From the human T2T-CHM13v2.0 reference genome, Homo sapiens, in assembly GCF_009914755.1 (NCBI RefSeq), contig NC_060937.1: a stretch of DNA of 64,000 bases. One strand, 5' to 3'. The position numbers were made by a program, and so were the translations under genes. Under the pieces are notes generated by a model, which saw nothing but the letters and a program-made list of their open reading frames with translations, did no database searches and was not told where the DNA came from. Below are positions 1 to 23,343 of the stretch, in pieces; the first letter of the stretch is position 1, and each line of letters begins with the position of its first letter.

Positions 1-440
1 GTGCACACTTTGGAAAATCATCAGAGACACCTGCTTTATGCAAAAAAAAAAAAAAAAAAAAAAAAAAATAGAGTGAGAGAGAGATGTTTTCATCACAGAG
101 GGAAGAGATTCTTGGAAGGAAGCCTCATAGAGTTAACCAAAATAATGAATAAGCTGAGTCTAAAGAGTCACAGTAATTATTTCATGTTAAAGATGTTAGA
201 AGAAAAAAAAACACTGAAAAAAGTTTTGCATTAGAATTAAATTTAAAAGGCTAAATTATAACTCTCATAAGACTAATGGTCAATTTTTTGTCTGGGTTCT
301 TTGTGGCTATTGGATTTGTGATTTACAAAGAGGATGTTTGACCCCAGGGAAGCAAGTAACATCCCTTTCACAAAATAGCATTCATTGCTCAAGGTCTCTG
401 AAAGCTGAAGGAACTGTAAAAGATCAATAATCAGTTTTAA

Positions 441-797
<357 letters not shown>

Positions 798-1387
798 GAT
801 TATTTTATTAATGAGGGGTACATAGGAACAAAAAAATATAAAATAAGAAACTGCTAAGGACTTTCTCTCCTGCCATGGTTGAATCTGAACCTTGAAGCCA
901 GAAAAATAAATAGCAGTGGAGCAGAAATATCACTACTGTCTCCTCTCAGGAGTCATTCCATCTTGATCAATTCTGTCCTTCCAAGCATAGCTTGAGTTTA
1001 CTGGTCCTGAGACATGACAGAGATGTGTCCACCTTGGGCAACTAGCCACAGAAAAAAGACTTGTGACCCAGGCCAGTTTATCTTCACTTGGTGGCCAGCC
1101 AGCAAGGTGTTAACATCCAGAGAGTTGAACACATATACAGACACACCAGTTTCCTGGCACTCGATTCTCCTAGTTCAACAATTCCAGAAGAAAGACCATA
1201 CCTTTCTTTCTGGTTGCTTCACAGGCAAATGCTGTAGAAATCCACTATATCTAGGAATAAAAGCAACTAGGAAATCAAGCAACTGTGAATTTCGGGGCTT
1301 CAATTTTAATGGGCTATAAAGGCTTTTCTTGATGGGTGATCAAAAGATGTTGTGGAAAAAAATAAAACAAAAAAGACAATGGCTTTG

Positions 1388-1675
<288 letters not shown>

Positions 1676-2075
1676 TTAACATAAAATGAGAAAGGATGCA
1701 TTTTTGAATCCAAGTACTTATTGACCAACTATTTCACATTCACAGTATGAAAACGTCACACTATCTTTGCTCAGATCTGTGCCAGAATCAACTTTTAATG
1801 CTATATTTAATAGAGAAAATGATGAGGAAGTTTCTGCAAAGAAGGAATGACAGAATTAGAATATAACAATTTTGCAATGCCTAATGAATTACTGGATCTA
1901 GGCAACATTCATCAATGGCTGCTAATATTATAGAAAGAAAGAAAACCAGACATTATATATCTCATGCTAGAAGTGCACAAGACCACTTAAATAGTCTTCC
2001 CCTCCACCAAAATCCAACCTGAGTCTGATCATACCTTGAAATCAATCTACCATGTTGAGAAAATACTCAAGGGAA

Positions 2076-3193
<1,118 letters not shown>

Positions 3194-4494
3194 CTAAGAG
3201 ACATCAAAACCAACCACAATGTATGGACCTTATTTGGCTTCCAATCTAAACACACTGTAAAAAAAAAAAAAAAAAAAAAAAAAAGAAAAGAAAAAAGGCC
3301 AAAGTCATATACACTCTTTTTATCCTTTCACTTTTCCTTTTGGCTGAAAAATGCAGACATTACGGTCCCCCATGCAGACAAGGACACCACACAGGGATGG
3401 CAAAATATGAGATGGAAGGACCATGGTCCCCAAACAGCTTTATATGCAGCACAGCCACCATGTCAGCTTAGTCGTTTACACACGAGGGAAGTGAATTATG
3501 TTGACAAAACTATGGCAAGAGCTTGAGCTATAGAAAAGGTCCTTAAACTGAACATTCCTTGACTCCACCCATTGATATTTATCTAATATTTTCACCTACC
3601 CCTGGATGTGAAAACTGTCCTCCCCTGATGCTTGTGTATTTGGGGAGGAAATCCATCAAAAAGGAAGCCCCTAGCTTTTGCCCTTAGTGGAATGTGGACA
3701 CAATTGCTCATTGATATTCAGCACACATGGCTTCTCTGGCTTTGAAATCTGAACACTAGTGAAGATCTGTCTGTTTAATATGGTATTTTAGGGCTTATTC
3801 TTATTTGTGGTTTTTATTTGGGCACTTTGATCAAGTATTTCAGTGCTGTTTCCTAACTATAATTTTATTTAATATATAAAATATGATATACATGTTTTGG
3901 TAAATTACATATGAAAATAAATTGGATTTCAATACAGTAATGATGAATTGAATTTTCTCATGCTTTATTTAACACTTTATTCCCACAGCAATACCTAATG
4001 AGCAATTAAAGTGACTTACTGAGAGTGAAGGCTTCTTGCAGGTCACAGCAGCCATATGTCACATCAGACATAAGGCACTGAACAGAAGCAATTCAACGGA
4101 ATCATGTCATCCATCAGGCAAAATACATGCAGAGTCTTGTCTGATCTCCCAGAAGGAGCAATGCTGTGTGTGTATGTTTTGTTTTGTTCTCTTGTTCTGA
4201 GTTATCACTTGGTAGATGGTCCTGTTCCTATTTTGCTATACAGCAAAGAATTACAAAGCCTTGTCAATTCTGCCTCCTAAAACTATCTCTGATATTTTCA
4301 AATTGATCCACTTCCTTTCATCTTCACTACCACTTCCCTAATCAAAACCACTATCCTTTTCCATTTGGATTAGTAAAATAGTGTCTCAACTAGTCTCTTG
4401 GTTTTCATTCTGGTCTCCTCCAATCCATTTTTTCCACAGCAACTACAGGGATCTTTTGGAAATGTAAATATTATTTTATATTCAAGCTTAAATT

Positions 4495-5106
<612 letters not shown>

Positions 5107-5334
5107 ATTCTCCTTCCAGTTTACATTTGCTGTGTACAAGGTCTCCAAGGCCTTGCATGGTCTAGCTACTCTCTCCCTCTTCAGCCAATGGCACTGCCAC
5201 AGTTTCACTATATCCTGCCCACTGGCATCCTCTCTCTCCCACAGACACCAACATACCAGGGGCTTCCCTCCTCAGGGTTTGCAGATGCTACTTCCTTTTC
5301 CTAAAATACTGCTGAAGAAATAAATAATATTAAA

Positions 5335-5970
5335 CATAAAGGTAATAAACACTTAATACTCATCACTTCCTAATTATTTTCTGTATTTTATTATTATCCG
5401 TGCTCTTAAATTATATTTAATATATCTACCTAGTGAAAAATACTATACAATGTATTACAATACTATACAGCTTATTTATTTATTTATTGAAACTTAGTCT
5501 CGCTCTGTCACCCAGGCTGGGGTGCAGTGGCATGATCTTGGCTCACTGCAGCCTCCACCTTCTGGGTTCAAGTGATTCTTGTGCCTCAGCCTCCTGAGTA
5601 GCTGGTATTACAGGGGTGTACTATCACTCCCAGTTAATTTTTGTATTTTTAGTAGAGACGGGGTTTCTCCATTTTGGCAAGGCTGGTCTCAAACTCCTGG
5701 ACTCAAGTGATCCACCCGCCTGGGTCTCCCAAAGTGCTGGGATTACAGGCGTGAGCCACTGCGCCTGGCCTATAGAGTTTATATACTATACAATGTACAG
5801 TGCCTCTCTTCCAAATTTGCCTTCAGTGATCTCTTCTTGGCAGCTTGAAATCAGCTATTGCAGAAATACTTGCACCATGGAAATTGGCAAACACTACAAA
5901 TCAGGGCTTTCCTGGGGGTAGGGGAGTTTAGGGAGCCCAGCTGTTAAACACTTGCCAGTATACTGCTGCC
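5335..5970. mobile_element. MER63-like DNA transposon interrupted by an antisense Alu (5472-5770)
   Basis: GCAGCTTGAAATCAGC...CACCATGGAAATTGGCAAACACTACAAATCAGGGCTT; tactataca repeated on both sides of the Alu. Confidence 0.5.
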
Positions 5971-6291
5971 TATAATAAAACTTTTGTGTTTCCTTTCAAT
6001 TATTTATATAATTGCAATATATATAACTGCAATATAATTAATGCAGTTACAAAATAATTTCCACATCATAATGCTAAATTCTTTTAATATGTTTTCTCGT
6101 TTAGTCACATAATAACTCTACAAAGTGAGTATAGTAATTCCATTATATAAGCAAGGAAACAGGTGCAGAGAGATTAACATAATTAGGCTGGTACGCAGCA
6201 GAGGTATCACTTGGAAATATGTTTGACTGGCCAGGCACAGTGGCTCACGCCTGTAATCCCAGCACTTTGGGAGGCAGAGGTGGGCAGATCA

Positions 6292-6564
<273 letters not shown>

Positions 6565-7239
6565 CTATACTAAACAATATGGAAACTATTTTAGGAAGTA
6601 TTTCTTTTTGTTTGTGTGTAACTGGGGAAACAAGGGATCTCCCAGGAATTTGGGCATTCTATGAAGGAGGGAACTGTTAGGGTTGAAGGGAAAGGCAGGG
6701 AGAATTCAGAGACGTTTTATAGCCTTGGTGTCATAACGAAGCAAAATTATCTACCTACTACATCACTGATGTCAGGGAAATTGAATGAATTACCACAATG
6801 CTGTATTCATTTGTAATTTTTGAATGACAATGTTTATGTTAGTAACCAATAGGTAATGAGTCTGGTCTATTAAGAAAGACCTGGTGGTAGCATTTTTTGC
6901 CTATATGAACTCTCCTGGAGGTAATACTTTTTCTTGCTAGAATGTTTCTGAGTAAGTGTGAACAAAGAAAATCTCTGGCCTGAAGAGATCAGGCCTGTGT
7001 ATGATAGACAAGGACAAAATCTGAAAGTGAACTCAGCTATCTGTTAAAGTCATTCTAATTCCCTCAACTCACTTGTAACATCTCGCCTAATGGCTTTGCT
7101 GCTTATTCTCTAATAGCTACCTGATAGAATTGTGGTGTTCTGAATTAACAAGGCATGAGGGAATTCTAGCTGTAAGGCTTTCTGGTAAATTTTTTCACGT
7201 GTCTCAGACTTTGGAAACTGGCCCAGTTCTAATGAACTA

Positions 7240-7299
7240 TATTGATTAGAAAAATATCGATTAGAATTCTATCGATTAGAACTCTATCATTTAGAACAA
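7240..7299. repeat. 15-bp tandem repeat x4 (TATCGATTAGAAnnn)
   Basis: tattgattagaaaaa / tatcgattagaattc / tatcgattagaactc / tatcatttagaacaa. Confidence 0.8.
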
Positions 7300-7490
7300 T
7301 GATTCTCAGATTTTGGTGTGCCTAAGAAACACTCTGGGAGCTTGCTAAAAGTGTCAATTTCTAGACTCACATCCAGAAAGTCTAATTTTGTTTGCCTGGA
7401 TTGGGGCTCAGGTGTCTTCATTTTAAAACACATTTCCCCCAGGTAATTCTAATGCAACTTGTACAGGAACCAGAGGCTGAGAACACTCAT
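7297..7490. mobile_element. MER5-type hAT-Charlie MITE
   Basis: CAATGATTCTCAGA...CTGGGAGCTTGCTAAAA...CCCCAGGTAATTCTAATGCA...TGAGAACACT. Confidence 0.7.
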
Positions 7491-7590
7491 CTAGACTGAA
7501 GCATGTTTTGTGGTGGGTGTGGTGTTAGGGGTTTTTCTTGCTGCAGCTAGTCTGGAAGACACACAAAAAAGAACGTAGTTCTGCCTATTA

Positions 7591-7839
<249 letters not shown>

Positions 7840-9439
7840 TCATTGCACATTCCAGCCTGGGTGATAGAGCAAGACTCCGCCTAAAAACAAAAACAAAAAC
7901 AAAAACAAAGCAGCAAAGAAGGTTGGGTGGCCTTGAGGTCTGACCTAGAATCTAAGCCCTAGATAAAGATGGAGGTTCAAGTTGGCCTAAGCACTACCAG
8001 ACTTTTTGGAAAAATTGCAGCCAGCAATGAGTTCTTGGGCCCTCCTTCCTAGAATTGCATTTGCGCCTTAAAAATTTTGGTAACAACTTGACTAGTTAAT
8101 CATCTGAGGGAGTAAAAAATTTTGGTGTTACCTTCTCTGGGGCACTGACTTCTGCATCCTATGCTCTGTGAGCCCCATCCTGGGATATGGTCTCAGCTCT
8201 TGGATGTTGATATGTTTAATGACATATAGGGCTATATTGAGGAAAAATAATACCTACTCTGGCAAATTGTTATAAGGATTAAATGGGATAATACAGAAAA
8301 TAACTAGCTGAGGATCTGGCATATAATGAGTCCTTAGGAAGGTGAGGGATCTGCCTGTAGTATCTATCCACCTTAAGGGTCTCCACAGTAAATCTGTGAA
8401 TTTGGTTCATAGGGGCCATGCCCTCCTTTTCTATCAGGGTTCTGTAAACATCCCTCTTCAAGCTAGAAGGGGTTTGAAAAGGACAGACAGGAGAAGCTTG
8501 CTCTTTGTTCAACAGCGTACGAGGAAGAGGTGCTCAATACGTTGTTTTTTTCTTTCTTCTATGTATCATTTTAAAATCTCCACTTTTCCGTTCTTCGCTA
8601 GCCCTTTCATCAGCCATTTTTTTTCTCTCTCAATCTCTGTGTACACACACATACACACATACCCACACCACGTACACATTTTAAGGCCTCCCATGACCCA
8701 GAGACCAAAGCCAGGGTTCCAATCTTTAAAGTCCATTCCTGGGGTGCTCTAGACTTTGCTTCTCTTCTCCCATGGTCTCATATTTCAATTTATTCCTTCT
8801 CCTTGATTAAAGTTTAGAGCAGTTCCCTTAATCTGCTTACTCTTTATATGTTTTAAAAAGGCCCTTTTCCAAGTTGTTGCACAAGAAGAAACCTTCATTT
8901 TCTGCTTAAAAAAATTTTTTTTTGTTTTTCTTTTTTTTTTAGAGATAGGGTTCTTCCTATGTTGACCAGGCTGGTCTCGAACTCCTAGCCTCAAGTGATC
9001 TTCCCATCTCGGTCTCCCAAAGTGTTGGGATTACAGGTGTGAGCCACTGCGCCTGGCCAAAAAAATTTTGTTTTTAGTATTTATTTTTTAGAGACAGGAC
9101 CTTGCTCTGTCACCCAGGCTGGAGTGCATGGCACGATCATGACTTACTGTAGCCTTGAACTCCTGGGCAGACACAATCCTCCCACCTCAGTCTCCCAAAG
9201 TTAGGGTTACAGGGTTGAGCCACTGAGCCTAGCCTGAAACTTTCATCTTCAACACACTCCTGGTCTCTCCCATCTTTCCTATTAGTTTTCCTAGCTAAAA
9301 GCAGAGTTCTGACAGCTTTTCCTGGCCCTATGCTGAACACACATAAAATTTCCTCAATTTTGTGCAAGGCTCTGATGTGTGATTCAATAAATTACTTGCC
9401 ATTCTTAACAATACCTTACTGTTTGTTTCTCTTCAGCGA

Positions 9440-10030
9440 ATGTTCTTTCACCCAAAGCCTACTGAAACCTGACAATGTGTTAAACACTGTGCTAGACATT
9501 GTGGATATAAAATGAATAAAGCACTATTTTTTATTTGTCAATTATACCTCAATAAAGCTCTTTCCGCCTAGGAGGAGTTCATTGTCTGGAAAGCAAAGGC
9601 AGATATGTAAACATATATATTATAGTTCAGAGTGCTAAGTATCACACTGTGATGTGAAGAAAAACTAATTTCTTCTGGGGAAGTTGATAAAAGATCTCAT
9701 AGGAAGTGACATTTTCATTGGTCTTGAACCATAAGTAGGAGTTTGCCAACCAGAGCACAGGGGTGAGAGTGAGGGCAGGGGTAAAATAGGGCTTCCAAGG
9801 GAAGGGAATCCAGTGTGCAGAGGCTCTGAAATGACCGACGAAGATTCTGACGTGTTTAGGGAAGTCTGCTGGGTTTGATGTGGTTTGGTGCATGGCGGAG
9901 TGATGGTGGGAGGTGCAAAGAGATGAAATTGAGAGGGCCCAGTTGAAGCAGGAGGATTGAACTTTATTCTAGAGGCAATAAGAGAAAGAGAAAACTGTTT
10001 AAGCAGGGGAGGAAACGATCAGGTTTGTCT
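9440..10030. mobile_element. L2 fragment upstream of the promoter
   Basis: cactgtgctagacattgtggatataaaatgaataa...aggaagtgacattt...actttattctagaggcaat. Confidence 0.55.
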
Positions 10031-10506
10031 CTTACTTGTTCGTTTCGTTACAGACCTCCGGGTTTTGGAAACTGAGGTGCTCCGCTTGCTTCATCAGAAC
10101 AGCTCGGGTAGCCTCTGAGCTGAAACACGGCTTTTTTTTTTCCAGGTCTAGAAACGGCATGTTTTCAATATACCCAAGGCTACTAAGTTTGATCCCAGTG
10201 CCCATTTGTGCTAATGACGTTGGCCAGGGACGCCAATTTACTACCCTGACCCTGTCCTTCAAATATTGTCTCTCTCTCCTTGGCTAGGGTTGGACATGTT
10301 CTGACACCTTTCGTCTCTTTGAACCCCATTTTTCCGTTCTGATAATCTTTTTCTTCAGTTATGCTGACCATGTCTTTAAATACATTGCTAACGTTTTAGC
10401 TCATCCCACCCTACGTTTTAATCCCTCAGATGCAGACATCGCGGACAGCCACGCCCACTCAAGAAATTTCCGAAACAGAAAGTTTGTCTGCAACAGCGCG
10501 CCGTAC

Positions 10507-10529
10507 TGACGTAGCAGTGCGCAGGCGCA
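10507..10529. promoter_or_regulatory. CRE/ATF-like site (TGACGTA) next to an NRF1-like site (TGCGCAGGCGCA)
   Basis: TGACGTA at 10507-10513; TGCGCAGGCGCA at 10518-10529 is one mismatch from the NRF1 palindrome TGCGCATGCGCA; both lie 25-45 bp upstream of the presumed start. Confidence 0.65.
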
Positions 10530-10550
10530 GTCCCGGCTCCTGGCGGCGTG

Positions 10551-10564
10551 TTCCTCTTTTCCTC
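10551..10564 (+). promoter_or_regulatory. Polypyrimidine (TCT-like) initiator, probable TSS
   Basis: ttcctcttttcctc contains the YCTYTYY consensus; about 150 nt upstream of the ATG. Confidence 0.5.
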
Positions 10565-10707
10565 GGTTCCCAGTGTTCTGGCAGGTAAGGAACGCCGGCT
10601 CTTCGCCTCTCAGCGCGGCTTGTCCTTTGTTCCGGACGCCCGCTCCTCAGCCCTGCGGCTCCTGGGGTCGCTGCTGCATCCCGCACGCCTCCACCGGCTG
10701 CAGACCC

Positions 10708-10773
10708 ATGGCCGAGCGCGGGGAACTCGACTTGACCGGCGCCAAACAGAACACAGGAGTGTGGCTAGTCAAG
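10708..10773 (+). CDS. GTF2F2: GTF2F2 (TFIIF beta subunit, RAP30) coding exon 1
   Basis: cccATGG start in a CpG-rich region; 66 nt = MAERGELDLTGAKQNTGVWLVK, the recognisable RAP30 N-terminus; donor AAG|gtaatg at 10774. Confidence 0.98.
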
Positions 10774-12468
10774 GTAATGTTCGCGAGTCTCCCACTTGCG
10801 CTCCTCCTAACACAAGTATAGTTTAAGTAACTTGAGCCTATCCCGCTCCGTGCGCCTCTTAAAGTTCTTTTACGGCTATCTCGTTAGAGCTTCACACATT
10901 TTGAGAGGCAGGAGTCATTGTTGTATCTGTTTGCAGACGAGGAATTAGTTTAGGGACGCAAAGTGTCTTTCAGCCAGTTACTACTCTGAATCTGCCTGGA
11001 CTAGATCTCTTTCTCACGGCTTTCCTGGAATCTTGTCTTGGTGTCCCCAGATTTGGACGGTGCATTTTATCCCAGACTGAAGAATTCCTTGTATCTTCCC
11101 TTGGTGAAACTGGTTTTAGCCATGAGCCTGCGTGAGGTAGTTGAATGTCTACTTTCTGTACAGTTTTCTCGGCCAGAAAGTAGGACTGGTCCCTGCCTAC
11201 TCTTAAAAGTGTTCTCTTAGGTTGATGGTCCTTAATGAAGCTCTCAAAAGAGGCGAGAGAGCCCCAAACTCACAGAAGGAGAGGTCATTGGACTGGAGTA
11301 TTCTTTTAGAGCACATTTGGGTCTCGTGAAACTGGCCGTCAATAAACGTTTTATGTGAAGACAGCAATTTTGGTTAGCTCACAGTAAGCACTATTTGTGC
11401 TTTATTGTTTCATATTGGGGAGTGTTTTCTCCTAGGGGAGTTTCATAATACTTAAGCATATTCAAAATGTGATCCTGAAAGTCGTTGAAACTTAAAATGT
11501 AAGGACTTTTGGTTTCTTAATGCTTTAACTGTTTTATCACATGGCTGAGTTCTCGTCAATTAAATCTAAGAGGTCTTTCTTGTCGGCCTTCCTAAAACAG
11601 CCCCCTTGTGATCATTTGCTAACACGACAGATGTGTATTACATTCTTCAAAGCACTTTTCACAGTGTAGAGTGATTTTGTGTTCATATGTTCAAAGTTGG
11701 TTACCTCTGTCTTTCCAACACACAGAATCACATTCCATGAGAACAGGATCTTTGCCTGTCATACCCAGAATAGTGTTTGGCGCATGGTAATTACTCAACA
11801 AATAGATGATGAATAAATGCATGACCTCTCATTCTTCAGCCCTCGCCTTAGTCTGTGGCACTCATTTGACTTATTTCCAAACTCAGTGTGACTTAAAAGG
11901 ATGGATTAAATAGGCATTTCTCTCTCCAGCAGCATGTTACTTGGGGGGAGAGTCACTAAGGAGGAGATTGCCCTTACGGACTGAAGGAAAAAGCTTGAAA
12001 AAATGGTGTGACTTGAGATGGTGCCATTGTCCTAGGAGCATGGTAAATGCTCAATGTTTGTCTTACAGGATTTGGATGGGTGGACACAGTGTATACCATG
12101 GGGAATGGAACAGAAATGCAAGACTCAAAATATATAATCAGCATGGCGTGTTGTGGAAAACAGAGAGAACCTAGAGCAGAAGATCTGTGTAGATGAAGAT
12201 GGGGACCATATACTCAGATTGTCATATCATGAAACGGAGATATTCTAACTTTAGTTTACAAGGAAGTAACGAACTTTTTGGAGGATTTGAGTGAGGTAGA
12301 GATGCCAGATATTTATTCAGGAAAAAAAAAAATGTTTGGCAGTGTGCAGTACGAATTAGAGGGGAGGGTAACCAGAGTCACAATTAGAAAATTATCACAG
12401 GATCGGGCTGGGCATGGTGGCTCACGCCTGTAATCTCAGCACTTTGGGAGGCCGAGGTGGGTGGATCA

Positions 12469-12684
<216 letters not shown>

Positions 12685-13144
12685 TCAAAAAAATAAATAA
12701 ATTAAAAAAAAGTGTAATTTGTTGCTTAGAAAGTGTATCTTCATTCTCATCTAATCAGAATTTGAATTGAAGTACATATTGATTTCAAGTTTTTTCTCCT
12801 TACATTAATTTTCCTATTAAAAATAATACCTTGAGTTCTGATCTTTGTTGCTAAATAATGTTTCTTCCTAGGATATCTCACGGTTTATAGATCATCTTGT
12901 ACATATTTAATTCCATCACTAGACAGGTATAGAACTGTGTAAATACAGTAAGAACTATACATACAAGATCTCTGAGAGTTTTGAGCGGGAAAAAAATTAG
13001 TGCTTCACCAGAACTGGGAAGACGTCATAAAGAAGGTGACGTTTAAGAAAAGCCTATTTGGAGGTTGCAGTGAGTCAAGATTGTGCCACTGCATGCACTC
13101 CTGCCTGGGCGACAGAGTGACATCCTGTCTCAAAAAAAAAAAAT

Positions 13145-13383
13145 GGATGTGAGTGTGATCTGTCTGGGACATCTGTCACCCCATTGATTACTAGGGTTGA
13201 TTTGGCTAATCTGGCTGGCTAGGCGGGTGTCTCCTTCCTCCCACACTGCTCCATGTATGTCCCTCCCGAAGCTGCACGCTTGACCAAAGAGGATGACCAT
13301 CCGGATAGAGGAGGACTGGTCTTCAGTCAAGGGTATATGTATGGTTGTACTCCCCTGCTAGAACCTCCAAAGAAGCTTTCAAG
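13145..13383 (+). pseudogene. 7SK snRNA pseudogene, 3'-truncated (about nt 1-240)
   Basis: GGATGTGAG...GACATCTGTCACCCCATTGAT...GGCTGGCTAGGCGGGTGT...CCCTCCCGAAGCTG...CTCCCCTGCTAGAACCTCCAAA matches 7SK with many substitutions; no Pol III type-3 promoter upstream (an Alu tail is there instead). Confidence 0.93.
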
Positions 13384-13511
13384 AAGAGCTTATGGCAGGC
13401 CGGGTGCAGTGGCTGATGTCTGTAATCCCAGCACTTTGGGAGGACGAGGTGGGCGAATTGCTTGAGCCCAGGAATTTGAGACCAGCCTGGGCAATATAGC
13501 AAAACCCTTTA

Positions 13512-13709
<198 letters not shown>

Positions 13710-13843
13710 CTACGGGCAGGACTGGGGATAAATAGTGTGTTTAGGGAAAAACAAATATAGTAGTAGATTGTTTACCAAAATAACAAAATATCCAGGACCT
13801 GTACTGTTCTGGCCTAATGAAGTGCTATTTCTGGAATTTTGAA

Positions 13844-14339
<496 letters not shown>

Positions 14340-14494
14340 TAGCCAGGATGGTCTCGATCTCCTGACCTTGTGATCCACCCGCCTCTGCCTCCCAAAGTGC
14401 TGGGATTACAGGCGTGAGCCACTGCACCTGGCCTCCCCACTGGCCTTTTTAAAAAATTATTTTTGCGGCCAGGCATGGTGGCTCATGCCTGTAA

Positions 14495-14836
<342 letters not shown>

Positions 14837-15312
14837 TGAACAGCTGACCTCGTGATCTGCCTGCCTTGGCCTCCCAAAGTGCTGGGATTACAGGCATGAG
14901 CCACTGTGCCCAGCCAAGACAGGGTTTCACCATGTTGGCCAAGGTGGTCTTGAACTCCTGATTTCAAGTGATCCACCCACCTTGGCCTCCCAAAGTGCTG
15001 GGATTATAGATGTGAGCCACCCTTCCCGGCTAGCTTTCATTTTTTCACAGACAGGCAAGCGCTTGGACATTGGTGGCCAAAGAGAAAGTTATATACAAGG
15101 GAGAGATGAAACTGGAATGGGTGATACCCTAAAGCCTTGCAGATAGTAGGAGAAAAAGGAACTTAACATTTCTTGTGTAGCGAGTATTTTGCAAAGCAAA
15201 CCGGTAAAGTAGGTATTAATTACCTGTATTTTTCAGATGATAAAATTTAAGGTTAGGGAGGTTAATTATCTTGCCTAAGCATGGAAATAGTGATTCAAAT
15301 TTGTTAGGCTAA

Positions 15313-15654
<342 letters not shown>

Positions 15655-15802
15655 TGAGCCACTGTGCCCAGCCCCCTTTGTGTCTCTTTAATGGGTTATC
15701 TCCCTAGAGATTCAGAGGTGAGGTGGGGACTTCATTTTTATGTCTTTGGTCTTGTCAGTTCTGTATCTTGAAGTTCAAGGAAACATGGGAATAAATGCTG
15801 CA

Positions 15803-16185
15803 TGTCATAGATTGGGTTCCCTGAGCAGCTGATTTTGAGATGGAGACAGGGATTTATTAGTGAGTACTCTTGGGATCAGCATGTATGGAAGGAAAAGGAT
15901 TTAAGCAAGATTGGGTAGAGCATGTAAGGCAGTCTCAGTGAAAAGCCAGGATGATTCCACAGGAGCCCTCCAGAGCTGTCCTCCTGTCCCAGCCAGTCAG
16001 TGGATATGGTTTGCCCCAGTAAGTGGGCGTGACCTTGAGCAAGGGGTCTTTCTTTAGTGGAGGCAATTTCAAAGAGGCCTAATAGCTGAGGGCTGTCTGC
16101 TGGCCACACTCTCAGCAGCTGTGGGAATAATGCCCTCAGTGCTGAAGGGGGAATCTGGGTGTCACATCATGATGTCCACTTCAGT
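15803..16185 (-). mobile_element. Old ERVL LTR (LTR33-like)
   Basis: tgtcatagattgggttccctgagcag...tttattag...ttgggatcagca resembles the reverse-complement LTR33/16 3' end. Confidence 0.45.
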
Positions 16186-16240
16186 GCTTTTAATTTTCTG
16201 GGAGAAACAGGGCTTTAGAGGCTAGCAGTTGGGGAACTAG

Positions 16241-16507
<267 letters not shown>

Positions 16508-17372
16508 TAGCCAGGATGGTCTCAAACTCCTGACCTCGTGATCCCCCTGCCTTGGCCTCCCAAACTGCTGGGATTACAGGCGTAAGCCACTGTGCCCAGC
16601 GACAAGAACCACTTTCTTATGCTGCCCAGTTTGAGTGAATGGGTGGGCAGATTGATTCATCCCACAAGCTTTCAGTGATTGCTAGGCTCTAAGTATGTTA
16701 CAGTGAACAAAACGGACATGGTATATATACTGTGTAAACTACGACTTATAGCCCAGTATAGGAGACAGACATCAGTCAAATATTGGTCTTAACGAAAACA
16801 ATTATTTTCAGAGAAGGACACTGAAGCAAGGAATATTGTTTCTGTGCATGTGAATAGCAAGGGACTTGTCCTGGTCTAGGAAGTCAAGGGAGGTTTCCTT
16901 GAGGAAATAATGCTGTAGTGAGTTATTTTCTGTCACTTTCTCTGGTATTGGGAAATCTAAGCAACCATACCCTGTTGTACTTATTACCTTGTCTCCATCT
17001 GATTTTCAGTAATGAGTGAGATAGTGGAAATAACACAGATACATCGTAAGTGATATGTTGACAGTGGTGTTTTGGAGCCTTGAAACCATATATACTGTCA
17101 TTTTTTTCTTCCTCTCCCTCCCTCTTTTGAGACTTAATAGGCCGGGACTTCTGGGAAGCCAATTTCTGTAAGTTCGTGGTGTAGAGAGTTATATATAATT
17201 AATGTGCTATTATTATTATTTTTTATTGCAAGGGTGTAGTATTTTAGGAACCTTTGAATTAAATAAGCTGGTGGGCTTACCTGGGAATCTACAGTTTTAT
17301 TATAATAATGAAGACAGTGCAATATGAGCTGCAAACTTGTTTTTGTCCATTAACTTATGGAGCACAATCTGC

Positions 17373-19661
<2,289 letters not shown>

Positions 19662-19699
19662 TGACCATCATTGCTGTTACATTAGTGTTTCTTCAATAT

Positions 19700-23340
<3,641 letters not shown>

Positions 23341-23343
23341 AAG

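Larger units (their letters stand above)
10430..10870. promoter_or_regulatory. GTF2F2: CpG-island promoter and 5' UTR of GTF2F2
   Basis: the only extended non-Alu stretch dense in CpG, surrounding the start codon; no TATA box visible. Confidence 0.85.

Noticed and set aside
7240-7299. CRISPR-like repeat array
   Set aside because: Direct tandem units without unique spacers, in a eukaryotic genome with no cas genes
8279-8752. 136-aa and 77-aa ORFs in unique upstream DNA
   Set aside because: No recognisable domain, splice structure or promoter; low-complexity composition
10779-10790. TCTCGCGAGA (BANP/ZBTB33) motif just after exon 1
   Set aside because: Only the TCGCGAG core matches; flanks deviate, too weak to call
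10573-10821. ORF extending GTF2F2 exon 1 by 45 codons upstream
   Set aside because: Starts at a GTG in poor context close to the presumed TSS and reads through the donor into the intron; an open GC-rich UTR frame is expected by chance
13145-13383. Functional intronic 7SK-like decoy for HEXIM/P-TEFb in a transcription-factor pre-mRNA
   Set aside because: Both GAUC motifs of the 5' hairpin are mutated (GATT, AATC) and the 3' LARP7-binding hairpin is absent
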